DNA of 64,000 nt from Octopus vulgaris (lineage: Eukaryota). The notes below the pieces were generated by a model. It had not been told where the DNA came from. It saw only the letters and a list, made by a program, of their open reading frames with translations, and searched no databases. The stretch covers positions 5,146,001 to 5,210,000 of the forward strand of contig OX597823.1 of NCBI GenBank assembly GCA_951406725.2. The letters are read 5' to 3'. The position numbers and the translations under genes are program-made. Below are positions 27,905 to 38,637 of this stretch, in pieces (the first letter of the stretch is position 1; the number at the start of each line of letters is the position of its first letter).

Positions 27905-28335
27905 AGCTTGGGCTTAGCTATGGTTGTGTGGTTAAGAAGTTTTCTTCCCAACCACATGGTTCCAGGTTCAGTCCCACTCTCTGACATCTTCTACTATATT
28001 CCTGGGCTGAGCAAAGCCTTGTGAGTGTTTATGATAGACGGAAACTGAAAGAATCTTGGTGCACGCGCATGCACACGAGTGTGTGTGCACGTGCTTATGT
28101 CTCCGTGTCTTAACATTGAGTGATAGTTGTAAACAAGAGTCCCTGTCACACAAACAATATCATTCATTTCTAATTGTTCATGCAATACCTGTCTGGCTAT
28201 GTGGAAATATTACCTTACTTTGAAACAGATGTGCATTTGGCAGTAAGAAGGGCATTTGGCTGCACAAAATCTGCCTCAACAAATTTTTTTCTGACCCATA
28301 AATGCATGGAAAAGTGGATATTAAAACTGATGGCA
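27905..28335 (+). mobile_element. tRNA-headed SINE (CORE-like centre, internal microsatellite, RTE-like 3' tail)
   Basis: Head tgtgtggttaagaag...ggttcagtcccact (A/B-box-like); tail gcatggaaaagtggatattaaa. Related copies near 5207-5595, 12100-12330, 15870-16432, 19760-20155, 20915-21400, 24520-24870, 26760-27160, 37990-38380, 38510-38815 and 43330-43630. Confidence 0.8.
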
Positions 28336-28935
28336 GCAGAGTGGACAGTATTGGTATTTAGCCCCTGGTCATCCCTGATGAAGCAGGCATTCCACTGCAA
28401 CCTTGTTGTTTGTTCCCTTGACATATTCCACCTAGGACTAAGATTTCAATATGCTCTTTATTCTTTCTTTTAAAACATTAGGGTCTGATTCGACAGCTTT
28501 GACCAGGCAAGGAAATAAAATAAATTCAGCCCTTTAGTCAGTGAAACAGTGTCAAAGCACACCTAACAATGTGTATCTACAGTGTTTCTCCATCTCAATA
28601 CTCTACAACATTTAATGTGTATAAAATGAAAAAAGAAAAAAAGACCCTACAGTTCCTATGACTTCCAGAAAGCTTTTTCATACAAACAGTTGTCAAAGCG
28701 TGGAATAAATGACCTAAAAATTACCAACACTACTCCTGATGCCCCCCACCCCATTCCTCCTTGTGGCACTTTTACCTTTCACTTTTCTTTCTTTTTATGT
28801 TTTATTCTGTGTACATATTGGTTATCTTTACTGTCTGTTTTGACTTTTGATGTTTTCTGTCCCTTCATTCTTTTCTGATGAGTTGTAGTTACCTGAGCAT
28901 TGTATACAATAAACTCATCATCATTTTATTAGCTC

Positions 28936-28985
<50 letters not shown>

Positions 28986-28989
28986 TATA

Positions 28990-29797
28990 TGATGGACAAA
29001 ATGCATAGCACAGCATTTTGCCCGGCTTTATGTTTGGAGTTCAAATTCCTCCAAGGTTGACCTTATTGTTCATTCTTTTAGGGTCGATGAAATAAGTACC
29101 AGTCAAATACTGGGGTTGATGCAATCAACTAACCCCTTCAACAAAATTTCAAGTCTTGTGCCTGTGCTAGTAAGGATTATTATTATTATTATTTATTAGG
29201 CAGTGAGCTGGTGGAATCATTAAAGCATTTCTGGCTTTTTACATTTCTGAGTTCAGATCCTGCCAAGGTTAACTTTACTTCTTGTTCTTTCAATAAAATA
29301 AAGTTTTGGGGGTTTATGGTACTAACGACTCACCTAGTCAGCATTGCTGACCTTGTCCCTAAATCAGGAGTGAAAGGTTGTAAGCAGATGAAATCGTTAG
29401 CATGTCAGGCAAAATGCTTAGCGGCCTGTCTTCTGGCTCTTTACATTCTGATTTCAAACACCATCCTTTCAGAGCTGATAAAATAGGTACCATTTGAGCA
29501 CTGGGATTGATATGATCAACCAGCCTCCTCCCCTAAATTGCAGGTCTTGTGCCTATAGTAGAAAGTATTAGGGCAGCAGGCTGGCAGAATTGTTAGCATG
29601 CCAGACAAATTGCTTAGTGGTATTTCATTTGTCTTTGTATTCTGAGTTCAAATCCCACCAAGTTAAACTTTGCCTTTCATTCTTTCAGGGTTGACAAAAT
29701 AAAGTACCAGTTGAAGACTGGGTCAATATAATTGACTATCCCCTTCCCCCCTACATTTCAGGCCTTGCACCACCTATAGTAGAAAGGATTATTATTT
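28990..29797 (+). mobile_element. Head-to-tail cluster of about four Meta-like SINEs
   Basis: Repeated gagttcaaat...ctttcat.ctttc.gggt.gat.aaataagtaccag units separated by (ATT)n tails. Confidence 0.8.
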
Positions 29798-30049
29798 ATA
29801 CTGAACAGTAGCAAACGAGACTGTTGGTTATATTTATATGTTCTTTATATTTTTCCCCATCTTCAATCAATTTAATTTTAATAAACACACAGTTTTAATG
29901 ACTTTTCTTTTCCAATTCATTTGCACTCAATTTTGCTAATAATCTTACTTTGCATGCTCAGTGGTGGCAGCACACACACTCAATCCTCTTCTCTTCTGTT
30001 TCTACAGAACATCTGCATTCACTGCCACACAACATCAGCTACCACTTAC

Positions 30050-30080
<31 letters not shown>

Positions 30081-30081
30081 A

Positions 30082-30114
<33 letters not shown>

Positions 30115-30644
30115 CATGCGTATAATCTGCATTTCATATATAAAATCCATGGTGCCAAGAGAACTAGCAATACAGCAGTTTTCTATATTTCTTCCACTAG
30201 CTCCAGGACTATCTCCCCCCCTCTCTCTCTTCTCTCTGTGTTCTCTCTCTCTCTCTCTCTCTCTCTGTTTCTCTGTGTTTCTCTCTCTCTCTCTTTCTCT
30301 GTGTTTCTCTCTCTCTCTCTCTCTCTCCTGCTATGAATAGTTCTTCCATTTCTAGAGTAATGTTTTTCTGTTTTAATTGTTTCAAATGCTCTAATCTAAA
30401 ATACTTGTTCTAAATGCCTTTACATAAATGCTATTATGAAGTTTAAGTGTACTTAAAAAAGGTCAACTGCTGACAAATATATTCTTATTTAAATTAGAAG
30501 ATGAAACATGTTAGATTCTATGCTTAGTTTTGCAAGCTTTAGCCATAAAAGTAAAAACAAAAGAGAGGCACCACAAAATGGTAGAATGTTCTGTATTTGA
30601 TATCACCATTACACACACGGGTGCATGCATGCACATGCACACAC

Positions 30645-30952
30645 AACTGGCACTGTTGGTTGTGACAATGAAGGTTCCAGTTGATGTGGTCAACGTAAGA
30701 GCCTGCTCATGAAATTGAAATGCAAGTGGCTGAACGCTCCACAGACGCATTCCCTTCATGTAGTTCTTGGAGAGATTCACTATGACACAGAATGTGACAA
30801 GGCTGGCCCTTTGAAATACGGATACAATTCATTTTTGCCAGCTGAGTGGACTGAAGCAACATGAAAATAAAATGTCTTGCTCAAGGACATTATGTGCCAC
30901 TGGGAATCGAACCCACGACCATATGATTGTGAGCTGAACACTCTAACCACGC
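30645..30952 (-). mobile_element. A further tRNA-derived SINE family
   Basis: The - strand begins gtggttagagtgttcagctcacaatc...gggttcgattcccagt (A and B boxes), then gtccttgagcaagacatt...ccactcagctggcaaaaatga. Partial tail copy at 32580-32668. Confidence 0.7.
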
Positions 30953-32679
30953 CCATCTCTATTTACAAACATGAGTACAACTATTAACTCACACCCAGCC
31001 ATCATTGGTCTGGGATTTACTGTGATTAAATAACGACTAGATGGTCATGGCTGGGATGCCTTTAAATGTAACCCTTTTGTTACTGTATTTTTGTAGAGTA
31101 TTACCAAATATTTCATTACAAGGTCATAAACTAAGAAATGTTTGGTCAATTCATCATCATATTTTTCGATCTGTAGAATAAATATGTTCCATTTTAATAA
31201 TGGAAAAGAATTCCAAAGACAATAAATTCAAATTTCTGACTTAGAACGTTCTAGAAATCTTGACAAAAGAAGAATTATATAACAAAGTAATAATGTGAAG
31301 ACATTGAAAACCACATATCCACCCATGTGCGCATGGGGAAAAGTTTAACGAGTTTTGTATTAGTTTAAGGCTTAAAATAGAAGGGAAAGAGTTTGACATT
31401 TTTGGATGTTAGTCCATCATCGGAATAAATGTAAAGAAGTGTGAAAGGTGAAAAGTGATTGAGAAGAGAAAGGAAACAAATTTAGGATCCAGATGGGAAT
31501 GCTGTTTGGGGTGGTGGGTAAGAAGGATGAAAGGGCAGGTGTGTGCAAGCATGCATGCGAGCGTGCACACACACACACTCACCTGTTAACGCAGATATTC
31601 TGTATTGCAAAAAGAAATACAAAGATAGTGCAACAAGAACTCAATACATTCTCAGTGAATTTGAACATCACAAGAACCTCAGTTATTCATGAGGCATCAT
31701 TCAATTTATTTTTTATAGAATGTTCCTTTTCTTTCCTCTACTTAAAAATTGTATCTCTATATCTTTTTCCATCGTATTTTTTTTTGAGTCTGGTTTAAAA
31801 AATGATTTGGACTTTTCTTCTGTAAATCATCATCATTGTCATTTAATGTCTACGTTTCCATGGGTTGGACAAAATTCATTGAGGTAGGTTTTTTACAGCT
31901 GGATGCCCTTCAGATAGATAGTATTTCCCTGTGTTTGCCTAATAACAAATCACGTAAATGAATGAACTACATTTGAAGAAGTTTATTTATAACTACATTA
32001 TGAATTATGTTGTGCTAAACCAGAAGTGGTTTATTAAAAAAAAAAACCCTTTGCATCCATGATAAGGTCATCATTACATCTGTTTTTCATGCCAACAGGG
32101 GTTGGATGGTTTGACAAGATTCAGCAGGTCAGTTGACCACATATTGTTGCTGTGTTTCATTTTTGGCATAGTTTCTGTGGTTAGATGTCTTTCCTAACAT
32201 ACACTACTTGACATCATTTACTAAGTGCAATTTTTTTCATAGCACCAACACTATAGAGGTTTCCATGCCATTGAAAAGACTAAAGAGATCTCTCAAGTTC
32301 TAAGTTGTCACTGCTTGGATTGATTACTAATCAATCACTTATGGAGTGTACTGAGTAGTTTTGTGGCACCAACACTGCAGGGGGTCATGTTGTGGCTTAC
32401 AAAATGAAGAGTTTATTATAAACAAATTTGAGAAAAGGTCATTTATAATTAATTTCAGTTTGAGTGAGGAGTTGAAATTCTTGGAGAATGAAATTTGAGT
32501 TACATAAAATATTAATTAGTTAAATTTTGGAATATCTCTTATCATTTCTCATTTAAATGTATATGCATGGGTGTGTGTGTGTAGCCACTTGCATATTAAT
32601 TTCATGAGCAGGATGTTCCGTTGATCAGATCAACTAGAATCACCCGTCGTAACTGATAGAGTGCCAGAATATATATATT

Positions 32680-32721
<42 letters not shown>

Positions 32722-34514
32722 ATTCAACTATGGTAGTAGTTAAATAATATTCTTAAAGTAGCTTTTTTGTCGCAGTTAGCATCTTCCAGGCAGTCTCACT
32801 AATTCAGTTGTAATCAAAATCAAATTCAGTTTTTTTTAATTATGTTTGACTAGTGATAAGCTACATTTAGACATAAAATACTTAAAATGTGATGCAGTAT
32901 AGCAAAAGTTAAGAGAAAAAAGTATAGCCCAAACTGGTTGACTGACAGGTAGTAACGTCTAACATTGACACTTTGAATCCACATCATTCTTTTAATTTTG
33001 ATTAAGAATTATATATGAAAGAGAAATGTTAATGGAATATATTGGTAAAGGTTTCGTAAAATTTTATCCATTAGAAAAAAAGATATTTAACTTTCATTCT
33101 CAAATTTTTATCAATTTTTGCGTGATATTAAAGGGACACTACAAATGTATGAGCTAAACTATTTCTTAGGCGCACACACATAACAAAAGATAAAAGACTA
33201 CACAAATCAATACAAAGAGTTCTAATATTTATTTTCATTAGTCTAAAGTATTTTTTTAAAAGAATGAAACTTTTTTGCTTAATTTTTTGTAGTATGGCTT
33301 TTTAAAGTCCATTTTTGAATAAATTATTTTAATAAGAAGATTTTTTATAAAATATTTTCATTTTTTTTATTTTGTTTCTACTCAATCACGTAGTAGGGCT
33401 GTTCAGAAAAGGTAAATGACAAAAAATGCAAATATTTTAACTGTCAATTTTCACCATTTAAAAATTTTCAAACACGGAGTTAATTATTTGCATGCTAAAA
33501 ATGGCTTTATTTATAATTTATTTATTAGTTTTATAGTAAATAGAATATGATTATTTGTGGCTTTGTTGTCTCTATGAGCAGTACTGAAGTCTGTAGTAAG
33601 GCTGTTCAGAAAAGGCAAATGCTACTTGTAATTATATTCTATTCATTATTAATTTAATTTAATTTATTTAAAATAAAGTCATTTTAGTAAATTTGCTACC
33701 TCATTTTCTTTTTTTCATTATTTTCAACATTCTTTAAATATATTCATTTGTAACTTTGTCTCTTGTACAGTACCGAAATTACAGTACATACATTATGTCC
33801 AGAAAAGGCAAAGTTGCAATGATTATTACTTATTTTTAATTTAATTTGTAAATGAGAATTACTCGGATGAAAAAAATCAAAATTTTGTTTGAATTTTCTT
33901 GGAAATTTTTGAATTCAAAATGACAGCAAAATTAAAATTTTACTATTACTGCAATGCCTGAACTGGCCAATGAAAAATGCGGATGCATACTAGCAATATT
34001 CTTAACAATTAAACCTGGAAAAGTAGAGGACAAGAAAAAACTCATTAAAATTAGAGCTTAAAATATTGCTGCTAAAATGAAAATTTTAAATTTGTTAATT
34101 AATATATATGACTCTGGCACTTGGTCTGTTCAGGCTTAGCCCAAGGATAAATTTCGTGAAGTGAGTGTGTATTTGCAAGCTGGTTTAATTTCTACCAATT
34201 ACAACCAATAACTCTGACTAATACAAATGAACCTGGCAGGTGTAAAAGACTGACAACCCTTGTCGAGAATACAGGCAACAATCAGATTGCTGATGTTTGT
34301 TGTACACTCTGCTGTCGTTACTTGATTGCTGTTATTCTGTGCTTTACACGGTTGTTTTATTTTTACCTTTAACTTAGAGATGGAGGAAGACATAGTGCTA
34401 GATGTAAAAAAGAAGCCATTTGGGGCTAGAAATAAAGCGGAAAATATGAAATTCTTCGAGTGTCTTATGTGAAATCTGTGATGAACCTGAGTGACGCTGA
34501 TGACCTGGGGTTAC

Positions 34515-34550
<36 letters not shown>

Positions 34551-36093
34551 GTGTGTGTGTTTGTATACACACTCAATACACACACACACACACACACATA
34601 TACCAAATGGGCTAACAGCTGGGAGAAAGGCACTTATAAGAGTGGTGATGTGAAACATCCCAGACTGAGGAAATCAGCAAGTGGTGCTCCAGCATGACCA
34701 CAGCCACAAGGTTGAAAGGAGTCAAAGAGTCAAAGAGTATCTATACATGCACACATATTGATCAATAGATAGGCAGACGGCCGTATAGATATCATCATAA
34801 AATTGTAATTGTAATGCATTGCTCGTTGCTGTTGTCCTTTTGTGGGGGGGGGGGAGAAGGAAAGATAATTTCGTTTTGTTTGCGTTTTCATCTCTTTAAT
34901 CCATACAACAACCCATAAAAAAAAATCTCTTATTCTGTAGAAATATGAATCACACATTTAAATGCAGGCAGCGTCCCGAGCACTTGCACACACACACACA
35001 CACACACACAGTTTTTGTACCATCACAAGTCAAATGCAACAATTTGAAGAGGTTAATAAATGCAAACCTTGAAAGCTGCATCAGATTACATTGTTTATAC
35101 TCCACTTAAATATAAAACCCAGCCATGACTCATTGGTAGACAAATGACTCACAGAACTGGTTCTGTGGAGCGGTCAGTCCCATATACTATACTTCTTTTT
35201 CTATTGAAAATATATTATATTCTGCCTTCTCTTTCAAGGATATTTTTAGTCTTTTAAATGTTTGTTTCTATAACCAGTAAGACTTGGTTCCTATAATTAT
35301 TTATAACAACTAAAACAGAACTTTACCAATTTTCATTATATGCTAATGCAACTTATTTTATTTATGTTGGAATGGTCAGCGGATTCAGCCTTGTTGCAAA
35401 TAAAGGTTAAGTGTTTTGTTACAATATCTCTGTGCAAATGTCCTGTTAAGATTTCATGTAATTGTAGCCTCAAACAAATTTACTCTGTACGTCGACTAAA
35501 TAGCAACAATTCACACTGACAATCAATTGAATAATTAACATCGACTCTTTTGATACCAATCTGCATGAGATTGTCTCAAGTTCGAAGATACCAATTCCTT
35601 ATTTAAAAGTGATCTATCAAAATTCCATGATAATGTGTTACAAACACCAGGTTAATAATGACAAAGTTATTTCACTGAATTCTTCATTGTTTTCAAAATT
35701 AATTGAAACGAGCAGTTTATTTCAACAGAAATATAATAACAAATGAATGAAATAGACCAGTGTTCAAAGTCATCCCAACCATGGTCATGTTTTTTGTGTG
35801 TGTTTGATCACAGTAAATCCCAGACTACATAATTCAATGATAGGATGTAAGTTAACCCTTTCAGTACTGCCCTACCTGTGGCTGTCCCTGCTTCTATGAA
35901 ATACACTTCCTATTTTAAGATGATCGAAATTAAAATTTTCCATAAAAAATTCATGTTGATTTATGTTCCAGACACTAGTTTGATAATGATAGTTAATGAA
36001 TTTAGTAAAATAACTTTGTCATTACTAATCTGGTGTTTGGAACCTAAATTAACGTTAATTAATGATGGAAGATTTCAATTTAGATCACTTTAA

Positions 36094-36306
36094 CCCTTTA
36101 ACATTCACCTTACTCTTTCAGATGGAATACATATTTATTCACAGTGTTTTGAATTAATCATACATTATCTCATAGCTTTGAGGTTTCAGAGATGTCAGTG
36201 TTTATTTTTACGACATAGCAGGGTAGGTGTAAGAGGCTAGATCTGGCTGGTGTGAACATAAAACAGAATATTTGGGCCAGTTTTGGCTGGTTTAAATGCT
36301 AAAGGG
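36094..36306 (+). mobile_element. TTAA-flanked MITE, family A (piggyBac-type ends), nested in a family B MITE
   Basis: TTAA|CCCTTTAACATT...AATGCTAAAGGG|TTAA; the host sequence gatcactttaa...acaggaagt resumes after it. Confidence 0.85.
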
Positions 36307-36441
36307 TTAAGACAGGAAGTTTGTGTCATAAAAAAGGGGTGGTTTCAAGTGGATTGGTATCAACAAGGCTAAGCCTCATCTTTATCGCTTATAAAGAGAA
36401 TTTCAGGAGTATTAATAGAACTTTTTCTACTTTCATTGCAG

Positions 36442-36511
36442 GTTTATGAAATGACAACACCATCATAATCAAGGGTTATATACCACCTTACCTTCTGGAG
36501 TACTTTTAGCT
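36442..36511 (+). other. 5' UTR part of the first coding exon, with two short upstream ORFs
   Basis: Strong acceptor (ctttttctactttcattgcag) at 36421-36441; ATG AAA TGA at 36446-36454 and ATG ACA ACA CCA TCA TAA at 36451-36468. Confidence 0.7.
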
Positions 36512-36731
36512 ATGGCTTGGACATTACCTTCAACAAGACTTGCACTTACCACGTGCTTTGTATTGCTCTTCTGTTGTCTGACAGTTGCCCGATTGTCTAG
36601 GATCCAAACTCTACGGAGACGTGATGAGGCTAAGTCCAAAATATCTCATCAACGTTTACTTCGATTGAAAACTCGCAGTGACAAACCAAACATCATCTTA
36701 ATTCTTACAGATGATCAAGATGTTTTACTAG
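36512..36731 (+). CDS. Sulf1: Sulf coding exon 1 (signal peptide, basic region, start of sulfatase domain)
   Basis: [26 protein letters not shown] hydrophobic leader, then RRRDE and [17 protein letters not shown]. Acceptor ttgcag ends at 36441; donor gtaagt at 36732. Confidence 0.93.
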
Positions 36732-38566
36732 GTAAGTTGGTGCTTTCATGAATCTTTATTTATTCATTCTTTCATTGTTGAGCCATAAGATAGCTCCAAT
36801 CAAGCCATGCCCATCCACCATTTGCTTTATTTTTTTAAGGCTATTTATTTGACCCTTTGTTTATCCAAGCATTTTCGTAGCTTTGTCCTAAATATCCATA
36901 CTTGTTTTTAAACTTCTAGTTAGTCCTTGTTTTATACATTCTGGAATTCACTTTCTTTTTATAAGTCCTAAGTTACTCTGGTAATAAGAAAAAAAAAGGG
37001 GGGAATATGTATCATATATAATGTATTGGGAGAAAACTATATTCTCCGGTGTTGACTTTTCTCATTTTTTAAATTACAGGGGGATGATTTGAGGGAAATG
37101 TTTCTGCTATTTTTTGCAGCTTTAGCTCTGTTCTGTTTGATTCAGGTTCGATCCCACTGTACAGCATTTTGGGCATGTGTCTTCTATTATAGCAAGTTGA
37201 TGCAAGTAGTTTATTCCGTCCCCTTCCAACTTTTAGTTGATGCATTTGAAAAACTGCATTATTTATGGGATGACCTAGTTTTACTTTTCTTGGAAAGAGG
37301 TGATGGTTGTCAATAGGAAGGGCATCCAACCATAAAAAATCTGCCTCAACAAATTCTGTGTGACTATGCAAGCCTGAAAAAGTGAATGTATGATGGTGGT
37401 GGTGGAATATCCAAAGGTTCCACAAGTTTGCATTTGTTAGTGAAAATTTTTGATGTAAAATGTATTTCATAATAATTCTACGAGTGATTATTATTTTTGT
37501 GTGTCATTTTGATCTTATAGTTGTTTAATGGTTTACAACAATTTCTTGGTTTTTTCCCCCTCTAAAATGGGAAAAATTGGATAGAAAATAACTTTTGGAA
37601 TAGTAATTAGAATAACAGCTGGATGTGTCCTTCCTGCCAATAATTACTTCTCCATAGACCTCTTAACCATCCAACAAATTGTGGCAGATAGATTTAATAT
37701 TCCTTCTCTAGGTGTATGCATATTGGCTGACATAAGGTTTGAGCTTATGATCAGCATCCTGATTTTCGAATAGAACAAACCATATGCTCAGAGCCTGAAG
37801 ATTGCTTGCTGACACAGGACATGTTATAAAACCTGCCTAGCATGTCTTAATGACAAGAAACTATTAGTAGCCCTTATTGTGATACAGTGTATATTAAGTA
37901 ATATTTATCTCTCACTGGATGGAGTGTTGATCTTACTTTAACAGAACAGTAAATTATATAATGTGTGTGTGTGTGTGTGTACATGGATTCACAGGTGGAG
38001 ATGTATGGAGAAATTTGCTTCCCAGTCTTGTAATTTCGGGCTCTGTGCCATTGTGTGGAATTTTGAGCAAGTGTTTTCTAACTGCAGGATAAATAAAGCC
38101 CTGTGAATAGATTTCGTTGACAGAAACTGAAAGAAATCCTTTGGTATATATATGTGTGTTTGCGTGTGCGTGTCTATGCTCATATCTCTGTCTTGACATT
38201 GCATGATATTTGTAAACAAATGTCACAGTCATACAAGCAGTGTTTTCATTTCCGGTGTTCTGTGAAATATTACTTTGCTTGGAAACAGAAAGGGCATCCA
38301 GCCATAGAGAAATCTCCCCTCAGTTTACTCTTGTTTGATCCATGTAAACAGGTAAGGGTAGATGTTAAAACAATGATGATATGTTTGTTTTCCTGACCAG
38401 TGTTTGTGTCAAGATACCTTAGAAAAGTGGAAGAAAGGAGTCTAGAGGGTTCTCACTTTGTTATAAGCTGAACAAACACCGTTTTTAAAAGACATGAGCA
38501 TTTATTCCTTATTCAAACCTGAAAGAAGCCTGTTGAGCATGTGTGTGTGTGTGTGTGTGTGTGTGT

Positions 38567-38637
<71 letters not shown>

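Noticed and set aside
28878-29060. Poly-His ORF
   Set aside because: A (CAT)n microsatellite running into a SINE.
31390-31425. Minimal hammerhead-like string on the - strand (CCGATGA-TGGA-ctaaca-TCCA-AAAAT)
   Set aside because: Both core motifs are mutated and the match is too short to distinguish from chance.
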